Source of the DNA: Clostridia bacterium
GTDB taxonomy: Bacteria > Bacillota > Clostridia > JAAYHZ01
Length of the DNA stretch: 64,000 nt
Direction: 5' to 3'
NCBI GenBank assembly: GCA_050950825.1
Contig: JBMNIH010000002.1
Location: 64,001-128,000 of the forward strand
The translations under genes were made by a program, and so were the position numbers. The notes beneath the pieces were generated by a model. It ran no database searches, was not told where the DNA came from, and saw only the letters and a list, made by a program, of their open reading frames with translations. Of this stretch, positions 44,397 through 55,600 are shown in pieces (the stretch's first letter is position 1; every line of letters begins with the position of its first letter).

Positions 44397-45772
44397 GTGA
44401 CATTGTTTTCTATATCCTTTGCGGGATATTGTCGGTTGCGGTCTTAATCGGTATAGCCATGATGAGTAAAGTCAAAACGGCCGTTACGGGAAATCGAATC
44501 AGCGCTATTGCCATGGTTTGTGCCATTGCTCTGGTTTTGGTCAAATACGAAATCATTTCCGTTCTTTCATTGTGGATATGTATGGCCTTAGGTCTTGCTA
44601 TCGGTATCCTGTGGGCGTACAAAGTAAAAATGATCGAAATGCCTCAAATGGTAGCCTTGTTAAACGGGTTCGGCGGAATCGCTTCGGCTATTGTCGGAAC
44701 AATTTTGATGGTAGATTCCTCCGGTATGAACTCGTTTGAGTTGATTACCGCCGCCTTGGCATTGGTCGTCGGTATTGCCACCTTTACCGGTAGTATGGTG
44801 GCTGCAGGAAAGCTGCATAAAGTCATCTCCCAGAAACCGATTATTTTAAAGTATCATCAATTGATTACCGTTGTTTTATTGATATTATCCGTTCTGTCCG
44901 TTGTTTTGGCAATTTTATTACCCGATGCTCTTTTCGTAAGCATCGCTGCAGGCTGGATAGCGGGCGGCTTGTTCGGTATCGTTTTTACCGTAAGAGTCGG
45001 CGGTGCGGATATGCCCATTACCATCTCTCTTTTAAATTCCCTTTCGGGTGTGGCAGGTTCCATTGCCGGTATGGCGGCTAACAATTACCTTACCGTTGCC
45101 GTCGGCGGCATTGTCGGAGCTTCGGGACTTTTGTTGACGCAAATTATGTGCCGATCCATGAACAGACGGCTAGGCGATATTCTTTTAGGAAAAACCACCG
45201 TAGCCTCCTCCGGCGGTGCGACGAAAAAGGATTCCGCAGAGGAAAGTGCGGATGAAAAACCGGAAGAATCCCTCGATTTGGCCGGAATAATAAAAGCGGC
45301 GAAACGAGTGATTATTGTTCCCGGCTACGGTATGGCTTTGGCCCAAGCCCAACACTTGGTTTCTCGCCTCTCGGAAGCGCTGGAGAAAAAGGGTGCAACG
45401 GTAGATTTCGCCATTCATCCGGTAGCGGGAAGAATGCCGGGGCACATGAACGTATTGTTGGCCGAAGCCAATGTCCCCTATGAAAAGCTAAAAGAAATGG
45501 ACGATATCAACCCGGAATTCGCAAACTGCGATCTGGCAATCGTTGTCGGTGCCAACGACGTTATTAACCCTGCCGCAAATACGGCGGAAGGAACACCGAT
45601 CTACGGAATGCCGGTACTTAACGTGGAACAAGCAAAGCACATCGTCATATGCAATTACGACTTAAATCCGGGATATGCGGGCGTCGAAAATGCATTGTAC
45701 AAAAAGAAGAATGTTATCATGAAGTTGGGAGACGCAAAAGAAACCGTTTCCATGCTTATCGATTTGATATAA
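44393..45772 (+). CDS. pntB: NAD(P) transhydrogenase subunit beta
   Basis: VGGADMPITISLLNS, VPGYGMA, HPVAGRMPGHMNVLLAEA, GANDVINPAA. Confidence 0.95.
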   Translation: MSDIVFYILCGILSVAVLIGIAMMSKVKTAVTGNRISAIAMVCAIALVLVKYEIISVLSLWICMALGLAIGILWAYKVKMIEMPQMVALLNGFGGIASAIVGTILMVDSSGMNSFELITAALALVVGIATFTGSMVAAGKLHKVISQKPIILKYHQLITVVLLILSVLSVVLAILLPDALFVSIAAGWIAGGLFGIVFTVRVGGADMPITISLLNSLSGVAGSIAGMAANNYLTVAVGGIVGASGLLLTQIMCRSMNRRLGDILLGKTTVASSGGATKKDSAEESADEKPEESLDLAGIIKAAKRVIIVPGYGMALAQAQHLVSRLSEALEKKGATVDFAIHPVAGRMPGHMNVLLAEANVPYEKLKEMDDINPEFANCDLAIVVGANDVINPAANTAEGTPIYGMPVLNVEQAKHIVICNYDLNPGYAGVENALYKKKNVIMKLGDAKETVSMLIDLI

Positions 45773-45799
45773 CGAAACAATAAAATATATACTGATTTT

Positions 45800-45826
45800 A
45801 ACAGGGTTTTATACCCTGTTTTTTTC
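45800..45826 (+). terminator. Intrinsic terminator of the pnt operon
   Basis: ACAGGGT-loop-ACCCTGT followed by a T-tract. Confidence 0.75.
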
Positions 45827-45912
45827 ATCTTTTTATACCGGAAGAAAACAGTTGATTATTCCGGGTTTCTTTGGTAACATTTGAATATGCTAAGGAAAGA
45901 AAGGTTTTTAGG

Positions 45913-46299
45913 TTGAAAGTATACGAGTCTGCAGAAAACTATTTGGAAACCATTTTAATACTGAAAAGGCGAAACGGGTACGTTCGATCCATCGACATCG
46001 CAAAAGAAATGAACTTTTCAAAGCCGAGTATCAGCAATGCCATGAAGCAATTTCGCAAATCCGGTTATATTGAAATGGATGAAAACGGATTTATCGAGCT
46101 GACGGAAAAAGGGTTGGCTTTGGCGGAACGTGTTTATGAGCGACATTGCCTGCTGACCCAATACCTGGTGTCTCTCGGTGTTCGAAAAGAAACGGCAAAA
46201 GAAGATGCGTGTCGCATCGAGCATGTTATCAGCGACGAATCCTTCGAAAAGCTGAAAGAACATACCGGCAAACTCATGGAACAAAACAAGAATGAATAA
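45913..46299 (+). CDS. DtxR/MntR family metal-dependent regulator
   Basis: ESAENYLETI, VRSIDIA..SKPS, ERH..L, DACRIEHVIS. Confidence 0.92.
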   Translation: MKVYESAENYLETILILKRRNGYVRSIDIAKEMNFSKPSISNAMKQFRKSGYIEMDENGFIELTEKGLALAERVYERHCLLTQYLVSLGVRKETAKEDACRIEHVISDESFEKLKEHTGKLMEQNKNE

Positions 46300-46301
46300 T
46301 A

Positions 46302-46330
46302 AAATCCGCCGTCACTGCGGCGGATTTTTT
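46302..46330. terminator. Bidirectional terminator
   Basis: AAAATCCGCCG...CGGCGGATTTT. Confidence 0.8.
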
Positions 46331-46339
46331 ATGTCTTTT

Positions 46340-47497
46340 CTATTTTAATAGCCAAGCCTCGTCAAAAATCGCAAAGTCAAGATCGCTGGTTGGCGGGGGT
46401 ACGCTCCGATAATGACTGATTCCCAACAAGATACGGCCGTCGTCCAATTGGATGACACCGTGGTTGCTCAATTGGTTGGTCCCGGTTTCGTTGCCGATGA
46501 TTTTCGCTTCGCTCCAAGTAGTGCCGCCGTCCTTCGACAAAGCCGCAACAAGAGGATATCTCGGTCTTTGGGTTGTTGAAGAAACATTGTTCCATACGGC
46601 TAAAAGGTTTCCGCTTTGAAGCTTGATCATACGGGTCATGGATTCCGGCGCCGTCAGCGGAGACGGTTCCGATTCGCTCCAGGTTTCTCCCCCGTCGGAT
46701 GAATAGGTTCGATATACATATCCCCCTTTGGTTCGAAACATGGCGATCAGCTTGTTCGGCGCAATTTCAGCCATTTGAATTTCCATAACTCCTCTCGGTG
46801 TCGTAGATATGATTTCACCGCTTCGCCGCCAAGTTTCACCTTCATCGTCCGAGAGCAAGCAAGCGCCGGTAAAATGTTGAACAGGATTTGATAAATCGCC
46901 GATGCGTTCGGGATCCATAAACGTAAATGCCGCTATGATACGGCCGCTCGAAAGCTGTATAACATTATCGATGGATCCGTAAAACTTGGTGTAGGGCAAT
47001 TCTTTTCCGCCTGAAATTAGCGACCAAGGAATTTCCTTTCCGTGATCAAAGGTTTCCCCTCCGTCTTCGGAAATTTTTAAGAAAATACGGGTGCTGCTTT
47101 TGAAATAGTTGCTTCCTCTGACAAGACGGTGTGTTTTTCGGTCGACCTCAATGTGATGGCGAGTGCGAGTATGAAGCATTAACGTTTTTGACGAATCCCG
47201 AAGACGCAGCATATGCACGAAGTACGGTACTCCCCCGAGAAAATCCGCCATAAACACTTGGGGATCCGACCAAGTGAGACCTCGGTCTTCGGATACGGAA
47301 TAAAGCTTAACGGCGTTACCGGAGCATTCATCATAATCGTATGCACTCCAGTACATTAAAACTCTGCCGTCGGCATACTGATAGAATTTAGGCTCCTGAT
47401 GATAATCGCTCCCAATGCCGCCTCGAATGAATTGGTAATATGAAAGCTCACCGGGCTTGTAATCCATGGATCGGATGTTCGTAATAATCATTTTCAT
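46340..47497 (-). CDS. BNR/Asp-box beta-propeller (sialidase-like) protein
   Basis: Five Asp boxes: SEDRGLTW, SEDGGETF, SDDEGETW, SSDGGETW, SKDGGTTW. Confidence 0.85.
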   Translation of the reverse strand: MKMIITNIRSMDYKPGELSYYQFIRGGIGSDYHQEPKFYQYADGRVLMYWSAYDYDECSGNAVKLYSVSEDRGLTWSDPQVFMADFLGGVPYFVHMLRLRDSSKTLMLHTRTRHHIEVDRKTHRLVRGSNYFKSSTRIFLKISEDGGETFDHGKEIPWSLISGGKELPYTKFYGSIDNVIQLSSGRIIAAFTFMDPERIGDLSNPVQHFTGACLLSDDEGETWRRSGEIISTTPRGVMEIQMAEIAPNKLIAMFRTKGGYVYRTYSSDGGETWSESEPSPLTAPESMTRMIKLQSGNLLAVWNNVSSTTQRPRYPLVAALSKDGGTTWSEAKIIGNETGTNQLSNHGVIQLDDGRILLGISHYRSVPPPTSDLDFAIFDEAWLLK

Positions 47498-47515
47498 TTC
47501 CCCCTTAATCCGAGT

Positions 47516-48001
47516 TTAATAATCCTCACGATTTCCGAACTCGGCGGATTCCACCCAATCTTCGGCTTTCGTCAACAGCTCGATCAAGCCTTCAAACACA
47601 TTGTAGTGCTCTGTCTCCTGCTTTATCAACAATTCGAAAATTTCCTTTTCCTTCGGATCTTTCGCCTCGTTTTTCATTTCCTTGTAAAGGTCGATACTTT
47701 CTTGCTCCTTCCGAAGGGCGCTTTCGTACACATCCCGCTGCCGAGGAATGTCAAAGGTTTCGCTTTTGATGAACTCCCCGTCATTAAAAATCTTCTCGGC
47801 TTTGGTCAGAGCGGTGCTTACCTTTATTTCATAAGGCAATCCGTTCAGCTTGCTTTCCAATATCTTCGCATGATGTTCTTCTTCATTCGCCAAAGATAGA
47901 AATACCGCTTTCAAGCCCTCATCTTCGCTCAGCTCCGCCTGTTTCAAGTAAAAGTCCCGGCCTTCATACTCAATCCGGATCGCAAATTCCAAAGTATTCA
48001 T
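47516..48001 (-). CDS. Ferritin-like/rubrerythrin family di-iron protein
   Basis: Two E..Y / ExxH repeats (EEEHH, ETEH). Confidence 0.88.
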   Translation of the reverse strand: MNTLEFAIRIEYEGRDFYLKQAELSEDEGLKAVFLSLANEEEHHAKILESKLNGLPYEIKVSTALTKAEKIFNDGEFIKSETFDIPRQRDVYESALRKEQESIDLYKEMKNEAKDPKEKEIFELLIKQETEHYNVFEGLIELLTKAEDWVESAEFGNREDY

Positions 48002-48222
48002 ACCGTGCTCCTTTCCATGACTTTTTCTATTTATTTAAAATTATTTTCCAAAGTCGATGCCCCGCGGCAATAAAGATCGACCGCTTATAAGAAATTATTG
48101 TAAATTTAGCTTTGAGTTCATTATAACACAAAAATGCATATTTCAAGTTGAAAGATTTCACAAATCCTTCGTTAAGGTTATATATTATATAAAAAACTTT
48201 ACTTCAAATTAACGCTGAATAC

Positions 48223-48250
48223 TTGACAGACAAACGGAGTGTTATATAAT
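48223..48250 (+). promoter_or_regulatory. SigA promoter of aspartokinase
   Basis: TTGACA-16 nt-TATAAT. Confidence 0.7.
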
Positions 48251-48299
48251 TGCTTATCAGAACTTAAAAATAGTGAATTGTTTTTTTACGGAGGTAGAG

Positions 48300-49649
48300 A
48301 TGAAAGTTGCAAAATTCGGCGGTTCCTCATTAGCGGATGCCAATCAAATAAAAAAAGTGTGTAAGATCATAACAAGCGATCCCGAGCGTAAGATCATTGT
48401 CGTATCGGCACCCGGGAAAAGGTTTAAGACGGATATCAAAGTTACCGACATGTTGATCCAATGTGCCGAAGCCATGTTGACAACAGGTAACGCCGATAAA
48501 GAAGTAAAGGATGTGATTGCTCGTTTTGAGAGCATTGCAAACGATTTGGCTATGTCCTCGGATATTATCCGGGTTATCTACGATGATATTATGGACAGAG
48601 TCAACTTCTCTACCGAACACAAAGGTAAATATATCGATAACTTAAAGGCGGCGGGAGAAGACAACTGCGCCAAGCTGGTTGCGGAATACTTGAACAGTAT
48701 CGGGATAAAAGCTCAATACGTAAGTCCGAAAGACGCCGGCTTGTACTTGACGGAATCCTTCGGAAACGCAAGAATTCTTCCCGAATCCTACGAAAATTTA
48801 GGCAAGCTAGCGCATATGGACGGCATTGTCGTATTCCCCGGCTTTTTCGGATATACCAAAAACGGCAATGTAGTCACCTTCTCGAGAGGAGGCTCCGACA
48901 TCACCGGTTCCATTTTGGCCGCTGCGGTCAATGCGGATCTTTATGAAAACTTTACCGACGTGGACTGCATCTATGCCGTTAATCCCAATCTGGTGGAAAA
49001 TCCGACGGCAATAACGGAATTGACGTATCGTGAAATGAGGGAGCTGGCCTATGCCGGTTTCAGCGTCTTTCACGAAGAAGCCCTCACACCGGTTTACTAC
49101 AGCAACATCCCGGTGAATGTAAAGAATACCAACAATCCTTCGGCCCCCGGCACCACCATACTGCCGAAGCTGGAAAATCCCACACGACCGGTGGTAGGAG
49201 TAGCCGGAGACAAGGGCTTTTGCAGTATCTACGTTCGTAAGTACTTGATGAACCACGAAATCGGTTTCGGGAGAAAGCTCTTGGAAATTCTGGAAAGCGA
49301 AGGCATTTCCTACGAACACTCTCCTACCGGTATCGACGATATTTCCGTTGTTATTCGTGAAAAGCAATTGACGGAAGAAATCGAAAAACGATTGGTTCAA
49401 AACATTAAAGAAAAGCTGAAGCCGGACGATATTTATATCCAAAGAGGCCAAGCGTTGATTATGCTGGTAGGCGAGGGCTGCAAAAACACCATCGGTATTG
49501 CGTCGAAAGCCACGAAAGCATTGGCCGATGCCGGTATCAACATCGAAATGATCAACCAAGGTTCCTCGGAAGCCAGTATTATGTTCGGCATCCGAGGAGA
49601 CCGCTGTAACGACGCTATCGTAGCGTTGTACAAAGCCTTTTTCGAATAA
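48300..49649 (+). CDS. Aspartate kinase (YclM/ThrD-like, ACT domains)
   Basis: KFGGSSLA, VVSAPG, FSRGGSDITG, NFTDVD; SD GGAGG before ATG 48300. Confidence 0.93.
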   Translation: MKVAKFGGSSLADANQIKKVCKIITSDPERKIIVVSAPGKRFKTDIKVTDMLIQCAEAMLTTGNADKEVKDVIARFESIANDLAMSSDIIRVIYDDIMDRVNFSTEHKGKYIDNLKAAGEDNCAKLVAEYLNSIGIKAQYVSPKDAGLYLTESFGNARILPESYENLGKLAHMDGIVVFPGFFGYTKNGNVVTFSRGGSDITGSILAAAVNADLYENFTDVDCIYAVNPNLVENPTAITELTYREMRELAYAGFSVFHEEALTPVYYSNIPVNVKNTNNPSAPGTTILPKLENPTRPVVGVAGDKGFCSIYVRKYLMNHEIGFGRKLLEILESEGISYEHSPTGIDDISVVIREKQLTEEIEKRLVQNIKEKLKPDDIYIQRGQALIMLVGEGCKNTIGIASKATKALADAGINIEMINQGSSEASIMFGIRGDRCNDAIVALYKAFFE

Positions 49650-49655
49650 TCGGCA

Positions 49656-52600
49656 TTATTGACGTAAAATGGTAACCAATATACTGTGCATATTACCGGG
49701 CAGATCCACAGGGACTCTGCCCTCTTTGTATTTCATCCCGTCTACCATGATTTCAATAGGTCCTTGGCAGACACCGTAGGGGTTTTGCACCGTTATGAAG
49801 AACTTGGAGTCCTTTACTTCCATATAGACGGAATAGGTTTTCCAATTTCTCGGTACGCAAGGCTCTACGACGATGTGTCCGTCTTCGATTCGTATTCCCA
49901 AGATATAGTTTAAACCGGCTTGGTACAGCCATCCGGCGGATCCCGTGTACCAGCTCCATCCTCCCCTGCCCGAGTATTCGGGAGAAGAATAGACATCGGC
50001 GGCTACGGCATAAGGCTCGGTTTTGTATTTCATCATACTCCAATAGTCTCCGGTATGATTGACCGGGTTGATCAAATTGAAAAGCTCATAGGCTTCGTCC
50101 CCTTTGCCCAGCTTGGTATAAGCCACGATGTTCCAAACGGCACCGTGGGTATACTGACCTCCGTTTTCGCGGATACCGGGGAAATACCCTCGGATGTATC
50201 CCGGATTCGGCTCAAAGCGTTCGAAAGGCGGTGTCAAAAGCTTGACCAGCCGTTCCTTTTTATCCACCAGATATTTGGCCACGGATTCCATGGCTTTATG
50301 TTTTCGTTCCGAATCGGTTCCGTCGGATATGACAGCCCATGATTGGGATATGGAGTCGATCATGCATTCCGAATTGTTTTTCGAACCGATAACCGAGCCG
50401 TCATCGCAATATGCTCGAACGAACCAATTTCCGTCCCAGCATTCCCGGTTTATCGCATCTTTGTATTCTTCGATTCGCTTCAATAGCTCCTCGGCATAAT
50501 CACAGTCGCCCGTCCTTATTGCAATGGGAATAAACTCCCTCATTACGGTAATTAAGAACCAAGTTAGCCACACGCTTTCTCCCTTACCCCGGATGCCTAC
50601 TCGATTCATACCGTCGTTCCAGTCGCCGCCCCCCATCAAAGCTATTCCTCGTTCTCCTTTTGTATAGCCTTTTTCAATGGCTCTTTTGCAGTGCATATAT
50701 ACGTCCTCGCATACACTGCTTACTTCCGGTATCTTGTAGGATTCATGTTCTTTTTCTCCTAAAAGATCCGATTGAATGTAATAAACCTTTTCTTTGAGGA
50801 TGGAGGTGTCCCCGGTGACCTTGATGTAATAGGAAAGAACGTAAGGAAGCCATAAGAGGTCATCGGATATTTTGGTTCGTACTCCTCTTCCGTCTTCGTC
50901 GTGCCACCAATGCAAAACGTCCCCTTCCGTAAACTGATGCATGCAACAGCGGATGATTTGCTCCCTTGTGATGGACGGATCAAAATAAAGTAAAGAAAGA
51001 GTATCCTGCAGCTGGTCTCGGAATCCGTATGCGCCGCCGCTTTGGTAATAGGCGGACCTTGCGTACATTCGGCACACCAGGTTTTGGTACATTAAATGGC
51101 CGTTCATGATGGTATTGAAGGAGTCGTCCGGTGTATTGACGCGAACCCGATTCAAAAATTCCATGTTGTGCCGCTTTACTTCATCGAAGCAGGCCGCCAC
51201 ATTTGCAATATCGGAATAACGGCTGCACATCTCGATGATCTTTGCATAGTCGTCGCTTTGTCCGAACATAAAAGCGATATGTTTATCCGAATTCGCCTGC
51301 AGGGTGCAGTTTACCGATATGACACCGCAGGGGATGTAGCCTGCACCTACATTGCAGGACAGGTTGACCCCGTAAGCGCTTATAGGAGATCGTAAGGACC
51401 CGCTCTTCCCTATAAATTCGGTCTTATCTCCGGTCCATGAGTCCACGGTCTCGCTGCAGCCGATAAAAGCAATATGGTTCTTAAAATCTTCCGTATATGA
51501 ATTTTTTGCATAAAAGATGTTGTTCTTTATATCCATCTCCGTGAGGATATAGGGAGCGCTGACCTCCCTGTCCACACCCAGTACCAAATCCACGTAAAAG
51601 TACAGAACCACGGATCGGGTCGCGTCGGTATTGTTCCTGATATTCAACCAATAAATCTTCACGGGATCGTTCTTATCGGCAAACAGGTTCATGGTCATGG
51701 ACAAACCCGCCGTATTGTGCAAAAACGTCGTATAGCCGTATCCGTGGCGGATGCGGTATTCCTCGTCATCTCTTACGGGAAGGGCCGTAGGTGAGCACAA
51801 ACGTCCGCTTGACATGTCGTATACATACACGATTTCCGACGGCATGTCCGTCACGGGATCGTTTCTCCATGCGGACAGCTTGTTTTCTCTTGAGTTTTTA
51901 AACCATGTATATCCCCCTCCGGATTCCGTTACCGTGAATCCGAATATTTTGTTAGCGATGACATTGATCCAAGGCAAGGGCGTGGTCTCTCGATTTCTCA
52001 GATGGATCACATATTCGTTTCCGTCGTAAGAGAAGCCCCCGATTCCGTTGTAATATTTCAGGTTTTCCATAGGCAGCTCTTCATTGACGAATTCGGTTTT
52101 CTGCGTACGTATCACTTCTTTTTTGACAATGCTGTCTTCGTACAGGATTCGGCGGGTTTTCTTTAAATTGAATCCCGATTTTGAATCAATCACGATTCTT
52201 GCAACGGATGTGACCAATGTAACAAAATCTTTCTCCACCTCGGAGGTACTTAAAATATGAATCCCTTTATTAACGGAGCCGGGATAAAACACCTTCACGT
52301 CGGCCAAAATGTCTCGTATCCGATTGGACAAGTTGCTGTGGTATCCGGAGGACTCGTCGGTTAAAATGACCAAATCGGAGTCGATACCGTTCTTGTTAAA
52401 ATACTCGTAGCAAGACACCATTTCTTTTACCGTCGGCAGATCTTTTTCATTGTATATTTTCACTAAAATGATCGGATGATCGCCGGAAATGCCGTATTTC
52501 CAAAAGCTTTTTTGACCCAAGACATTTTGCTTTAATACATCTACCGGTCCTCGCAATAAACGGGAGGGATAATACAAGCTCCCTACCAAGTTCAAGTATT

Positions 52601-55600
52601 GGTTCACCTTATGCTTATCCAGCCCCAGGTATTTCATTTCCACTTCGCTGTCCACACGAGCTACATTGAATATATCATCGCAATAGTTGCTGTTTTGGTA
52701 CAATTCCGCAATGGCCGTCGCCTCTTTCGCGGAATCGGCAACACCGATTATGAAAAAAACCACGGCCTTCTTTCCGGGAGGGATGCTTAAGTGCACCCTT
52801 TCCGCCATTACCGTATCCAATCGGTTTCCCGCGTTGTTTGACAAAGGCAGATCGGATTTCATGGCATTCGGCGAACGAAGGCTTCCGTGTCTTCCTAAGA
52901 ATTGGTAGCGATCCGTTTCATACTCCACGGAATGGGATTGTCTCCCGTCCGTTATACAAGTTAAAAAAGCATATCTTTCTTTTTCATCTCCTTGGCGAGG
53001 ACGTCTTCGTACCAACAAAACGTTCTTGTCCCTTACATATTCCGTGCTCAAGAACATCTTCGAAAAAGCGGGATGGGCATTGTCGTTGGCCATCAAATCC
53101 AACACCGGCTCAAAGTACAAGGTGGCATCCATATCCGCTTTTTCTTTACGGCGGTTGATAATGGAGACTTTACGTATTTCCACATTATGCTTCGGCGATA
53201 CGGTGATCTCGGTCTTCGTTTCGATATTAAAATCCTCTCTTAAGAATTCCGCCCGGTCCGGATGGAATTCCACACTGTACCGGTCCGGAGTTAAGCATAC
53301 CGGCATATAGGAGGTGCTCCACATCTTGTTTTCGTTGTGCAGCCGAATATAGATAAAAATTCCTTGAGGTTGCCCGATGGAGTCGGATTTCCATCGATTA
53401 ATCATTTTATCCCCGTATTTGCTGAAGCCTTCACCCGTGGAAGTCAGCATCACCGTATACCCGTTGTTGGAAATGACATGGCATACCGGATATTTGGGAT
53501 TGCATATTCCGATCCTTCGGTAATCGGCCTTCACCGGCTTAGCCGCTTCTTCCTTGTATGGTTTTTGAACAATGACGGGATCGTCCTTTACGATCAATCC
53601 GCTGGGACTGCGTTCTTCCAATATCAAATCCACGCTTTTGGTTTCGTCGTTACGGTTGAAGCGCTTGACGGTAATAAAGTCATTTAAAAGATTGTTAAAG
53701 GCCGCCAAAGTCATGCCTTGGTGGTGGATCATATAGCTTTTGATCAATTTGCATTCCGGTTTCATGTTTTTGGCCGGCTCCATAAAATCCATGGCTTCAT
53801 AAAACCCGAGCATATCTTCTCCGCCGTATTCTCGAAGCCTATGCATATTGTCGTAGGCACGGTAAACGGCAAAGGGCATGGCGATAAAGCAGGCATAAGG
53901 AGCGATGACCAAGGATTTTTTAATATCCGACCGCAAACCGATGCCCGGAACGCCGAAGGCTCGGTATTGGTAATTGAGCTTCTTATCAAATTTGTAATAG
54001 CCGGATTCCGATATCCCCCAAGGCACGTTTTTAGAAAGGCAGTATTCGATTTGCTTTTCGATCACCTTGCGACATGTAACATCCATCATACTTCCTTTGA
54101 TTTGCTTTAAGAAAATCGAGGGCAGCAAATATTCAAACATGGTACCGCTCCATGACAGCAGGGTTGCTTTTCTTCGTATCACCGTAAAAGGACGGCCTAA
54201 CTTGAACCAATGCTTTAAGGGTACCTGGTTCCTTGCAATGGCCAAATAGCTTGCCAATCGGGCTTCGGAAGCCAACAAATCGTAATGGGTACGGTCGTAC
54301 TCCCCTGTGGTGCTATTGTAACCGATATGGAAAAGATGCTTCTTGCTATCGTACAATTTGGAGAAGTCCATTTGATACAGCAGAGCTCTGCATTTTTCCG
54401 TCAAGGTATCGATTCTCTTTAAAAGAGCCTCCTTATCTTCCTCGTTCGCATGGGTAATGGATATTGTACCGTCCTTCAGCAATGTTTTAACGTCCCTTTG
54501 GAATCGTTCGCACATCACGTAAAAAATGGACGTCCATTCCGCGCTTTTCCCCTGTCGATTTCGGTCCTTTAAGACGCAATCCAATAAAGATACAAGATCC
54601 GCATCCTCGTCAAAAGCATTTTCTTTAAAGTCAGCCAATTTTTTTGTCATGTGAACCGCATCCAAAATGTCCTTTTGATCCCACTTTCTTTGGGGCAGCT
54701 CCTTTAAAGCTTCGATGGCCACTATCAAGCATGCGGCAAGGTTGCCGCTGTCCGCCGTCGACACGTAGCCCGGCGGAAGCACCTTGTTTTTCACGGTATC
54801 GTACCAATTGAACAAGTGACCGTTCCACTTTTCCATATCCGTCATGATATCGACCAAGTTTTCCGTGATTTCAAGAAAACCGTGAACTCCGATAAAGCCC
54901 ATATCCAAAGCGCAAATCCCGGAAAGAAGCTGAAATCCTAAGTTGGTAGGCGAAGTACGGTTTGCCTGCATAAACGTAGGAATGATCTGGCAGTTGTCCG
55001 GAACCGGTCGGTTCGGATTTTTGATCATAAAATATTCAAAATATCCCCATACCTTGCGAGCGACAAAACGAATGTCCTCTCGGATATGCAGAGGCAATTC
55101 CTCTTTGTCTTCGATTTTTCTTCCGATGGCCGCCGTTATGAAGGGAGATAAAACCAAAAACACGCCTAAAACCGACTTGAACACAGGTTCGCTTTTCATA
55201 ATGACAATAGGATACAGCATCAGAAACAGTCCGATCCCTATGCTCGGTATCATTTTAACGACATATTTGGCGGTCTCACTCTCCCCTAAGCTTTCGCAAG
55301 CCTCTGCCGTTTGCCATTCGAGCAAATTCCTTTTGCTAATATACAACCGAAACAAGGTTCTTAAAACAGCGTCAACGGCAATATGGGCTTTTAGCGGCAG
55401 GAACAAAAAGTTGAAAAACAGCTTTGAAAGGGATTTTCCCAAAGTCTCATAGAAATTGGACACGAATATCCCTACCGTAGCGGTTCGTATTTTCACCCAT
55501 AAAAATACAAGAATGTCTTTCGTCAAAAGGATCAAATCGCCGGCAAATATCACGAAAAGCATTTTTAATACCGGCACCTCGGTAAAAATGCAAAAAAGCA

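Noticed and set aside
48001-48300. Lysine riboswitch or T-box before aspartokinase
   Set aside because: Promoter is only about 50 nt from the start codon, leaving no room
48807-49559. 250-aa antisense ORF within aspartokinase, and similar ones within ndvB and addA
   Set aside because: No recognisable motifs; expected antisense shadows of real genes
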